From: a virus
Taxonomy: Duplodnaviria > Caudoviricetes
Length of the DNA stretch: 64,000 nucleotides
IMG/VR virus record: IMGVR_UViG_3300032332_001507
Location: 1 to 64,000 of that record
Reading direction: 5' to 3' (one strand)
The notes below the pieces were generated by a model. That model made no database searches, was not told where the DNA came from, and saw only the letters and a program-made list of their open reading frames with translations. Shown one piece after another: positions 1 through 7,957 of this stretch (positions within the stretch are counted from its first letter, which is position 1; each line of letters starts with the position of its first letter). A program made the translations under genes and the position numbers.

Positions 1-1
1 A

Positions 2-430
2 GAAAAGACACCTATAGTATTAATATGTGTATTAAATGGTGGTTTTATGTTTTATAGTAAATTAGTTGAAAAATTATCTTTAATTGACCCAAAATGTGAT
101 TTTATTAAAGTAAAATCATATGAGGGTCAAGAACGAGGTAAATTAGAAGTTAAACTTCGAGAGTCAATTGATATAGAAAATCACCATGTTTATATTATAG
201 ATGATATTTATGACACTGGAGTTACAATGGATTCTTTAAGAAAACATTTTATTTACGAAGGTGCAGCATCAGTTCAAATAGTTACCCTAATTAAAAGAGC
301 AATCAATGAAATAGATTTACCATCAGGTTCAATTTATGGATTTGAAATTACTGATGAGTGGGTAGTTGGTTATGGTATGGATGATGAACATTACCAAAAA
401 AGAAGTTTGCCATATATTTTGGCAGTTTAA
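2..430 (+). CDS. hpt: Hypoxanthine/guanine phosphoribosyltransferase-like protein (5'-truncated by window edge)
   Basis: Frame is open from position 2 (EKTPIVLICVLNGGFMF, typical HPRT); PRPP-binding VYIIDDIYDTGVT and C-terminal WVVGYGMD...RSLPYI motifs. Confidence 0.85.
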   Translation, partial: EKTPIVLICVLNGGFMFYSKLVEKLSLIDPKCDFIKVKSYEGQERGKLEVKLRESIDIENHHVYIIDDIYDTGVTMDSLRKHFIYEGAASVQIVTLIKRAINEIDLPSGSIYGFEITDEWVVGYGMDDEHYQKRSLPYILAV

Positions 431-449
431 TTAAGTTTTAATATATTAG
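418..449 (+). promoter_or_regulatory. Class A (putative early, host-sigma-type) promoter upstream of folE
   Basis: TTTGG at 418 and AATATATTAG at 440; same 22-nt offset as other copies. Confidence 0.5.
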
Positions 450-454
450 GTTAT

Positions 455-1141
455 ATGGAAAATAATAGAAAAAAATTTCACAATGATATCGAATGCGTCC
501 AAAATGGATTAGCAAACGGTTCTGCTTTAGATCGTCCATTAACAGATGAAGAAAAGCAACAAATGATTGAAGAAGCTACTGAACATTTTGGTAACTTCTT
601 AACAGCATTAAAATGTGATTGGAAAAATGATCCTAACTCTGCTGATACACCTCGCCGTGTAGCTAAAGCATATGTTAATGATTTATGGGCTGGTCGTTAT
701 AATGGATTTACTGATATCACTTCATTCCCATCAGATGGTTATGATGGAGTAATTATTGAGCGTAATATCCAATTAACTTCAATGTGTTCACATCATCACC
801 AAACAATTAGGGGTGTAGTTCATATTGGTTACATTGCAGGTGCTAAAGGTCGAGTAATTGGTTTATCTAAACTAAATCGTATTGTAGAGCATTTTGGTCG
901 TAGAGGTGCTATTCAAGAACAATTAACAGCAGCTATTCATCAAGCAGTAAATAAAGTTTGTGAAGGTAATTTAGGTGTTATTGTTACTGTAGTTGCCACA
1001 CACTCATGTGTTTCATGTCGTGGTATTAAACATCAAGGAGCATCTATGGTTACTACTAAAGCATCAGGTGTGTTTATGGAGAATGACAATTTAGCACGCA
1101 AAGAATTCTTTGATTCAATAAAAATTAATACTTCTATATAA
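455..1141 (+). CDS. folE: GTP cyclohydrolase I
   Basis: DTPRRVAK, SMCSHH, GLSKLNRIV, QEQLT, HSCVSCRG motifs. Confidence 0.95.
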   Translation: MENNRKKFHNDIECVQNGLANGSALDRPLTDEEKQQMIEEATEHFGNFLTALKCDWKNDPNSADTPRRVAKAYVNDLWAGRYNGFTDITSFPSDGYDGVIIERNIQLTSMCSHHHQTIRGVVHIGYIAGAKGRVIGLSKLNRIVEHFGRRGAIQEQLTAAIHQAVNKVCEGNLGVIVTVVATHSCVSCRGIKHQGASMVTTKASGVFMENDNLARKEFFDSIKINTSI

Positions 1142-1145
1142 GTAC

Positions 1146-1166
1146 TGTGTCTCTACAAGAGACACA
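1146..1166 (+). terminator. Hairpin (9-bp stem) between folE and the homing endonuclease
   Basis: TGTGTCTCT-ACA-AGAGACACA perfect inverted repeat. Confidence 0.5.
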
Positions 1167-1175
1167 ATATTTATA
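1166..1175 (+). promoter_or_regulatory. Class B motif (putative late promoter)
   Basis: AATATTTATA 4 nt before ATG 1180. Confidence 0.6.
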
Positions 1176-1179
1176 ATAA

Positions 1180-1821
1180 ATGGTAGGAATCTATAAAATA
1201 ACAAACCCAAAAGGAAAAGTTTATATTGGTTTATCTAAAAATATAGAACAACGATGGAAATCGTATAGCTGGAAAAATAAATCAAATAAACAACAAACTA
1301 AATTATGGTTTTCTCTTAAAAAATATGGAATTGAAAAACATAAGTTTGAAGTTTTAGAAGAATGTTCTATCGAAGAATTAATTGATAAAGAAATTTATTA
1401 TATTGAAAAATATAATAGTATAAATAAAGGATTAAATGTATCTCGGGGTGGTTATTATTTTCATGAAGTGAATAAAGGAAAAAAACATAGTAAAGAGACT
1501 ATTCAAAAAATGAATAAGTGGTGGGAAGAGAATTCTAAACCTCGCTCTCAAGAAACTATTCAAAAGATAACTCAAACTAAAAAGAATAATCCTCGAGTCA
1601 CTACTGATGAAATGATCCAAAACTACCGTAAAACGGCTCCTAATAAAAAATCAATTTCTCAATATGATTTAGAAAATACTCATATAAAAGATTTTGAAAG
1701 TATAAATGAAGCAGCTAGAAATACAAGTATAGGAAAAGACAGTATATCCGCCTGTTGTAGAAATAAACAAAAAACAGCAGGTGGATTTATCTGGAGATAC
1801 AAAAATAGTTTGGCTTCTTAA
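1180..1821 (+). CDS. Free-standing GIY-YIG homing endonuclease with NUMOD3/NUMOD1-type DNA-binding domains
   Basis: GIYKITN...VYIG N-terminus, GKKHSKETIQKM repeats, C-terminal QYDL...FESINEAAR...ISACC...TAGGFIWRY. Confidence 0.9.
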   Translation: MVGIYKITNPKGKVYIGLSKNIEQRWKSYSWKNKSNKQQTKLWFSLKKYGIEKHKFEVLEECSIEELIDKEIYYIEKYNSINKGLNVSRGGYYFHEVNKGKKHSKETIQKMNKWWEENSKPRSQETIQKITQTKKNNPRVTTDEMIQNYRKTAPNKKSISQYDLENTHIKDFESINEAARNTSIGKDSISACCRNKQKTAGGFIWRYKNSLAS

Positions 1822-1840
1822 AATTTTGATCGTATATTTA
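1809..1840 (+). promoter_or_regulatory. Class A promoter
   Basis: TTTGG(1809)...CGTATATTTA(1831-1840). Confidence 0.75.
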
Positions 1841-1874
1841 CAATATAAATAAAAACAATTAAAAACAAGTAATT

Positions 1875-2087
1875 ATGTTTTGCAGAGAAAAAAGAATCAT
1901 TAAAAGAACCTATGCCGACGGCTCAGTACGTTATATAGGTCAAAGTAAAAACTTTTGGGGTAGATGGGAAGATGGTGATGGAGATGAGTTCAGAAATGGA
2001 AGTCATAGAACCTATGAGGAAGCACTCGAATGGTATGGCGGAGGTCGTAACTCAACAAAAGATGAAGTAATTTTAGGTGAGAAGTAA
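1875..2087 (+). CDS. Hypothetical protein
   Basis: ORF directly downstream of class A promoter. Confidence 0.6.
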   Translation: MFCREKRIIKRTYADGSVRYIGQSKNFWGRWEDGDGDEFRNGSHRTYEEALEWYGGGRNSTKDEVILGEK

Positions 2088-2097
2088 AATAAGAACT

Positions 2098-2358
2098 ATG
2101 AAAAAGTTTAAAGAAGCTTTACTACTGTTTTGCATTCAGATTATCAGCTACTCTTTGTTATGTATAAACTTTAGAGCAGTAGCTGCAACTGACTACCATG
2201 AAGCTGCTATCACAGATTTTATGTTAGCATCTCTATCATTCTTTGTCATTAGGAAAATTGCTCGTAGTGAGGATGCTGTACACCAATGGCTGGGGTATGT
2301 TGCAGGATCAGTTACAGGCAGTTACCTAGGAATTTATTTATCTTCAGTACTTAACTAA
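2098..2358 (+). CDS. Small membrane protein (about 3 TM)
   Basis: Hydrophobic segments; ATG 2098 preferred over GTG 2077. Confidence 0.6.
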   Translation: MKKFKEALLLFCIQIISYSLLCINFRAVAATDYHEAAITDFMLASLSFFVIRKIARSEDAVHQWLGYVAGSVTGSYLGIYLSSVLN

Positions 2359-2369
2359 AAACAAAAACT

Positions 2370-2987
2370 ATGAAAAAATTATTATCAATTGCTCTATTGA
2401 GCTTAACAACCTTAATCGGTTATTCACAAGTCGATACTATCTATTGTAACGCAAATTTACCTTTACCTCAACCTGATTCTTTAGGATTCAATGCTAAAGT
2501 GATAATTAGACGACCAGCACCTAATAGCCCTACATTTGAGTGTGGTGTCCCTAACATTACGTTAGAATCAGATATTACACCTATAGCTATTGCTATTTAT
2601 CAAGACACTAATACCACACAGTGGTTAAGTACTCAATTCTTGTTTAATTTACCTTATAATGATTCTTTACGTTTACATTTCTGTGTAGCATACCAAGAGG
2701 ATTGTTATTGTGCTTTAGACCATTTTTATGATACAAATAGAGATGGTATTGTATGTGATTCTATATGGAACTCAGCTGGTAATATTCCAAATACTATAGT
2801 AACATATGCTATTTTATCATTAGAATGTACTACAGACCCACTTGGTGTTAAGGAACTATCAACTACTAAAAAATTAATCAGAGTAATTGATGAAACAGGA
2901 AGAGACGCTATTCCTACTCCAAATGGAGTTTTCATCTATGTGTATGATGATGGTTCTAGGGAAAAGAAGGTGATTGTTAAAGAATAA
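2370..2987 (+). CDS. Secreted protein with signal peptide and T9SS-type C-terminal sorting domain-like tail
   Basis: MKKLLSIALLSLTTLIGYSQ signal peptide; C-term LGVKELSTTKKLIRVIDETGR...GVFIYVYDDGSREKKVIVKE resembles flavobacterial CTDs. Confidence 0.65.
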   Translation: MKKLLSIALLSLTTLIGYSQVDTIYCNANLPLPQPDSLGFNAKVIIRRPAPNSPTFECGVPNITLESDITPIAIAIYQDTNTTQWLSTQFLFNLPYNDSLRLHFCVAYQEDCYCALDHFYDTNRDGIVCDSIWNSAGNIPNTIVTYAILSLECTTDPLGVKELSTTKKLIRVIDETGRDAIPTPNGVFIYVYDDGSREKKVIVKE

Positions 2988-3001
2988 CTACAAAATAAAT
3001 A

Positions 3002-3496
3002 ATGGTCATGTCTCAATCTAAAGAAAATTATGTCCCATTTGTTAGCGAAGTCGAAACATTTAACGCTACAATGGGTAAACCAAATAACTATGAACCAACA
3101 ATCCCAGCTCGTAAAGAATGGGAATTTGTTTATAATTTTATATTAGAAGAACTAGAAGAATATAAACACGCATGCGAAACAGGAAACATCGTAGAAATTT
3201 TAGACGCTTTATGCGATATAACTTACGTCTCATTAGGAAACGGCGCTATGCTCCACGGATTAAAAGACAAAATTCTACCCGCCTACTCCGAGGTCCAGGC
3301 AAGTAATATGTCTAAAGCTTGTAAAGACGAAGCTGAAGCTAAAGCGACAGTTAAAGTACGTGCTGAAGAACAAGGTGAACAATGTCATTATGAAAAAGTA
3401 GGTGACTATTGGATTGTCTATAGAACTAGAGATCGTAAAGTAATGAAAAACATAAATTACTTTCGTCCTAATCTAAAGCAATTCTTTGATAAATAA
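3002..3496 (+). CDS. MazG-like / PRA-PH family NTP pyrophosphohydrolase
   Basis: EELEEY...EILDALCDITYV...EVQASNMSK, D.KVMK..NYFRPNL motifs. Confidence 0.85.
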   Translation: MVMSQSKENYVPFVSEVETFNATMGKPNNYEPTIPARKEWEFVYNFILEELEEYKHACETGNIVEILDALCDITYVSLGNGAMLHGLKDKILPAYSEVQASNMSKACKDEAEAKATVKVRAEEQGEQCHYEKVGDYWIVYRTRDRKVMKNINYFRPNLKQFFDK

Positions 3497-3504
3497 ATAT
3501 TTAT
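3496..3504 (+). promoter_or_regulatory. Class B motif (putative late promoter)
   Basis: AATATTTAT upstream of ATG 3516. Confidence 0.55.
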
Positions 3505-3515
3505 CAATAAAATAA

Positions 3516-3896
3516 ATGGCATCATTTGGGGATAGATATAAAAAATTAATAGATAGTAATCCTAATAAAAAATCTATCCTCAATAATGATCCTGGTGCAA
3601 TACAAGGATTAAATGTTAATAAAAACCCATATCAAAACTTAATAGCCTCAGGATCTAATCAAAAATCATTATTTAATGATGATCCAGGAATAGTATTCGC
3701 TAACCCAACTTTTAAAAATCCATATAAAGACTTACTACATAAATGGGACTGGATTAAACCAGCAGTAAGTGCTCCATTTATTGGTAGAAGAACTCGTACT
3801 GAATTAATAGATCTATATTATGTTGTAGATGGATATGTTGAAATGGATTATGTCGCTGTAGAACAAGGAGAAGTGACATATCCACTTTATACCTAA
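3516..3896 (+). CDS. Hypothetical protein with internal repeat (possible virion protein)
   Basis: Repeats YKKLI..N.KSILNNDPG / YQNLI..NQKSLFNDDPG; class B motif upstream. Confidence 0.55.
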   Translation: MASFGDRYKKLIDSNPNKKSILNNDPGAIQGLNVNKNPYQNLIASGSNQKSLFNDDPGIVFANPTFKNPYKDLLHKWDWIKPAVSAPFIGRRTRTELIDLYYVVDGYVEMDYVAVEQGEVTYPLYT

Positions 3897-3898
3897 AA

Positions 3899-3930
3899 TT
3901 TGGCTCCCATCAATTTTATTATTATATTAA
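3899..3930 (+). promoter_or_regulatory. Class A promoter
   Basis: TTTGG(3899)...ATTATATTAA(3921-3930), then GGTTATG. Confidence 0.65.
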
Positions 3931-3934
3931 GGTT

Positions 3935-6520
3935 ATGTATCAAAGTATTTATTACGATTTTTCAACTTACACATATTATTTACGAGACGATAAGCAAGGC
4001 TGGCTAGAATTTCAATACCAGCCTACTTATTGGAAACGAGTAAATTCATATCAGGAAGGCGCTCAACCAGTTCTAACTGGTGGTTGGGCTATACCAACTA
4101 AAAAATTAGATAAAAACGATCCTGATTTATTAGAAAAAGATATTGATAAGAAATTATTAGTGCTTCGAGAATTATATTACAAAGAAGAAGACACTGTCCC
4201 TTCATGGCATAATATAGTTTATATAGATATTGAGATTGAAATGGGTGGTGCATTAACACCTTACTATATACAACAAGCACCTATGCCTATTACGTCTATT
4301 GCTTTGATAGATGTGACTACTAAACAGAAAATATGTTTTGTTGTTGACCCATCTGGTCAAATTCAAGAAACAAATCAGGACAGTAAACTTATTATACCTT
4401 GTAAAAACGAACGTGAGTTAATAGGTAAGTTTTTATCTAAATTTGAAGAATTAGACCCAACAATATTAGTCGGTTATAACTCAGATTACTTCGATATACC
4501 TTACATTTATCATCGTTTAATACAAGTTGTGGGTGAGGATGAAGTTAGACGTTTATCCCCAATCAGAAAAGTAGATCAACGAGAATTTAATGGTGAATCA
4601 CAAATCACTATTGGAGGTGTTAATTGTCTAGACTATATGTTACTTCATAAGAAGTACATCATGAAAGAAGAACCATCATATAAATTAGGTGACATCGGAA
4701 CCAAATATGTTGGTTTAGGCAAGATTGAATATGAAGGTAACTTAAACACATTATTTAGAGATGATATAGATACTTTTATTGATTATAACTTACGAGACGT
4801 TGAAATCATTGAAGCGTTAGAAGATAAACTTAAATTTATCAACTTAACAATTATGATCTCTCACATTTGTAACATTCCATATGAATCAATTTATTGGAAC
4901 ACAGTTATGAATGAAGGAGCTATTCTAAAGCATTTACGACGTGAAGGTATTGTCTCACCTAATAAACCAACAACTCATAATCAAGCATTAAAATCATTTA
5001 AAGAAACATATGCTGGTGGTTATCTATTAGAACCAATACCTGGTTTATACTTTGATGTTATTGACTTAGACTTCACCTCACTATATCCTTCAATTATTAA
5101 ATCACTTAATTTAGGTATTGAAACATTAGTTGGTAGAATTAAAGTAGATGATAGACCAACTTATGAACAAAACCATAGTTTAGAAAAACTTAAAGAACGT
5201 GATCCAAATGAAGTTATCACTATTGAAAAGGTAAATAAGAAAAATTATACTACATCTATAACTAAAGTTACTATTGAACAATTAATAGGAATTATTGAGG
5301 AAAGCAATTTAACCATAGCCGCATCAGGTGCTATGTTTAGAACAGATAAAAAAAGTGTTTGTAGTACAATTCTTGAAGGTTGGTTTAATAAACGAGAACA
5401 TTATAGAGGTCTAAAGAAAAAAGCAGGTAAAGAAGAAGATTGGGCTAACTATAAGTTATATGATTTGTTCCAACATGCATTTAAGATCTTACAGAACGCT
5501 ATGTATGGTACTTATGCTAAATCAGGATGGAGATATACTGATGGTCAATTAATTTGCAGTGCTGCTATAACAAACAGCGGACAGAGGCTCACACAGGAGA
5601 GTATTATATTCACTAATCACAAATTAAACACTGAATTAAAATCAGATAAACAATACATTTGTATTAGTGATACTGACTCTATGTATATTGAATTAGGTGA
5701 CTTATTAAGACATAGGTATCCTAACGCCACTAAAGAAGAGAAAGATAAGTACATATTAGAAATGGCACTTGAAATCCAAGATGAAGCAAATAATAATCTT
5801 AACACAATGTGTAAAGAATTATTTAACATTGATGCTTCTAAACATTACTTCCAGTTAAAACAAGAAGTAATCGCTACTGGTATCTTAGTTACTGGTAAAA
5901 GAAGATATGCAATGTATGTCACTAATAAGGAAGGTGTGGCTGTTGAAGAGCTAGATATGAAAGGTCTAGAGTTGATGAAGTCTAATATGAATAAGCGATT
6001 CAAAGGATTTGGTGAACAATTTATTAAAGACATTTTATTTGGTAAACCAAAACATGAATTAGATAATTCAATTGTTAACTTCTATAAACTAGTTAAGACA
6101 TTAGATCCTAGAGAATTAGGTAAACCAACAGGAGTAAAACAAATTGCTTCATACATCCAACCAGCTCGCTCAGGTGAAATGTTTAGTTCATTTAGATTAA
6201 AAGCACCTGCTAATACTAAAGCAGCTGTTCGATATAATGATTTACTTAAATTTAAGAGATTAGATAAACAGTATGAATCGATTATTGAAGGTGATAAAAT
6301 CTTTATTATTAACTTAAAAGCTAATCCTTATAAATTAGAAACAGTTGGATTACCAAACGCTAAAGTTCCTGATGAAATAGAAGCGTTTGTTAAGACATAC
6401 ATTGATGTAGATGAGATTTTTGAATCATTACTATTAAATAAATTAAAGGAACTTTATAAAGACCTCAAATGGGAATTCCCAGCTCTTAATCCTAATGTTG
6501 CAAAATTCTTTGCTTTTTAA
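3935..6520 (+). CDS. polB: Family B DNA polymerase
   Basis: Exo DIEIE, GYNSDYFDIPY, YNLRDV; pol DLDFTSLYPSII, KILQNAMYG, SDTDS, KRRY. Confidence 0.97.
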   Translation: MYQSIYYDFSTYTYYLRDDKQGWLEFQYQPTYWKRVNSYQEGAQPVLTGGWAIPTKKLDKNDPDLLEKDIDKKLLVLRELYYKEEDTVPSWHNIVYIDIEIEMGGALTPYYIQQAPMPITSIALIDVTTKQKICFVVDPSGQIQETNQDSKLIIPCKNERELIGKFLSKFEELDPTILVGYNSDYFDIPYIYHRLIQVVGEDEVRRLSPIRKVDQREFNGESQITIGGVNCLDYMLLHKKYIMKEEPSYKLGDIGTKYVGLGKIEYEGNLNTLFRDDIDTFIDYNLRDVEIIEALEDKLKFINLTIMISHICNIPYESIYWNTVMNEGAILKHLRREGIVSPNKPTTHNQALKSFKETYAGGYLLEPIPGLYFDVIDLDFTSLYPSIIKSLNLGIETLVGRIKVDDRPTYEQNHSLEKLKERDPNEVITIEKVNKKNYTTSITKVTIEQLIGIIEESNLTIAASGAMFRTDKKSVCSTILEGWFNKREHYRGLKKKAGKEEDWANYKLYDLFQHAFKILQNAMYGTYAKSGWRYTDGQLICSAAITNSGQRLTQESIIFTNHKLNTELKSDKQYICISDTDSMYIELGDLLRHRYPNATKEEKDKYILEMALEIQDEANNNLNTMCKELFNIDASKHYFQLKQEVIATGILVTGKRRYAMYVTNKEGVAVEELDMKGLELMKSNMNKRFKGFGEQFIKDILFGKPKHELDNSIVNFYKLVKTLDPRELGKPTGVKQIASYIQPARSGEMFSSFRLKAPANTKAAVRYNDLLKFKRLDKQYESIIEGDKIFIINLKANPYKLETVGLPNAKVPDEIEAFVKTYIDVDEIFESLLLNKLKELYKDLKWEFPALNPNVAKFFAF

Positions 6521-6544
6521 AAAATATTTATTATATTACAATAT

Positions 6545-7270
6545 ATGATATCAAAACTAGAATTACAATCAGTCATTGAAAAATACCACTTAAACGGCTT
6601 AGTTGAAAGTGTTAAATGGTCAATTAATAAAAACAAACAACTGACTATTAATTTTACAGCCCCGTCTCGTGAATTAATAGGAACAGTTGTTCATAATAAC
6701 TTTCCATTACCTGAATCTGAGATAGGAATTAATGATACTACTCAATTAGATAAATTAATCTCAATTACAAGTGGTGATTTAGTATTAGATTATGTTAAAG
6801 ACAGAACGATACTTACTAAACTACTTATATCAGATAATCAATATAACCTAAATTATTCACTATCAGATATCTTTATTATACCTAAGTCAGGTACATACAA
6901 TGGTCCTGAAGAATATGATGTTGAAACAACATTAACAGATGAAGTAGTAACAGCATTAATCAAAGCTAAAAACGCACTATCAAATAGCGAAAGCGTTGTT
7001 ATAACACCGGGTTTACTCGGTTTAGAGTTTGTTTTTGGGGGTGATGTTGAATATGCTAATAAAGTAAGTTACTCCATTCAAAATTTAGAAAACAACAGCG
7101 GAACTCGATTTGAATTAGTTTATAATTCGGTTCTATTAAAAGAAGTATTAGTAGCTAATAAAGATATGGAAAACGGAAGCATTCATGTAAATTCAAATGG
7201 TTTAATGAAATTATCATTTAATCATAAAACTTTTACAAGTTGCTACTATCTTGTAGCAAAAGAACAATAA
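6545..7270 (+). CDS. Putative DNA polymerase sliding clamp (gp45/PCNA-like)
   Basis: 241 aa, follows polB, clamp-like C-terminus (GLMKLSF...YYLVAK); clamp loader nearby. Confidence 0.65.
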   Translation: MISKLELQSVIEKYHLNGLVESVKWSINKNKQLTINFTAPSRELIGTVVHNNFPLPESEIGINDTTQLDKLISITSGDLVLDYVKDRTILTKLLISDNQYNLNYSLSDIFIIPKSGTYNGPEEYDVETTLTDEVVTALIKAKNALSNSESVVITPGLLGLEFVFGGDVEYANKVSYSIQNLENNSGTRFELVYNSVLLKEVLVANKDMENGSIHVNSNGLMKLSFNHKTFTSCYYLVAKEQ

Positions 7271-7292
7271 TTATTATATTTATAATAAAATA

Positions 7293-7324
7293 TTTGGTTT
7301 TTTAAAAAAAAGATCGTATATTTA
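7293..7324 (+). promoter_or_regulatory. Class A promoter
   Basis: TTTGG(7293)...CGTATATTTA(7315-7324). Confidence 0.75.
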
Positions 7325-7334
7325 AATAAAAGTT

Positions 7335-7649
7335 ATGAGTGAAAATCAACTGCCGTCTTCAATGACGATGATTAAGGATCCAGTCCTTGAGCCCTATTTT
7401 ATTGGTAAAGATAGTAACAGTTATACTGTCTATCAATTAGTATTACCTGGTACCAATACAGGTAGAGGTCGTAAAACCCGAGAAAAAGAAAGCATTAAAA
7501 CACTATCATTCCACAATGATGTATCTTCAGCTTTAAATTCTATCGCAAAATTAAAAGTAGAACAACGCCCAGTATTTAATTCTATTAGAGAGTATATTGA
7601 TGCTTGGGAATCAGTAAGAAACGAAATCAAACAAATGGTAAATATATGA
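7335..7649 (+). CDS. Hypothetical protein
   Basis: ORF after promoter, overlapping groES start. Confidence 0.6.
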   Translation: MSENQLPSSMTMIKDPVLEPYFIGKDSNSYTVYQLVLPGTNTGRGRKTREKESIKTLSFHNDVSSALNSIAKLKVEQRPVFNSIREYIDAWESVRNEIKQMVNI

Positions 7650-7957
7650 AACAGTTAAAAGCAACATTTAACGCGGTTATAGTTAAACCCCGTGAAGAAG
7701 AAGAAACGATGTATGGAGGGATCATCGTACCAGATTTAGGTAAAGAAAAAGCCCTCATTGGTACAGTTGTATCTGTAGGACCAGGTCAACCATCACTTAC
7801 AGGTGAACTTATTCCTACATCTTTAAAAGAAGGCATGGAAGTAATGCTCCCATCACTAGGTCCTACTAAAATTGAACTAGAAGGTCAAGAGTATTGGGTA
7901 TGCCCAGAAAATCAAGTTTTAGCAATTATAACAGAAACAACAGAAGAATATGAGTAA
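7646..7957 (+). CDS. groES: Co-chaperonin GroES
   Basis: GGIIVPD, GTVVSVGPG, ENQVLAII; start at ATG 7646. Confidence 0.9.
   Translation: MKQLKATFNAVIVKPREEEETMYGGIIVPDLGKEKALIGTVVSVGPGQPSLTGELIPTSLKEGMEVMLPSLGPTKIELEGQEYWVCPENQVLAIITETTEEYE

Noticed and set aside
3935-6520. Intein or intron in DNA polymerase
   Set aside because: The insert after motif A is short, with no C/S...HN splice motifs or LAGLIDADG; ORF is continuous
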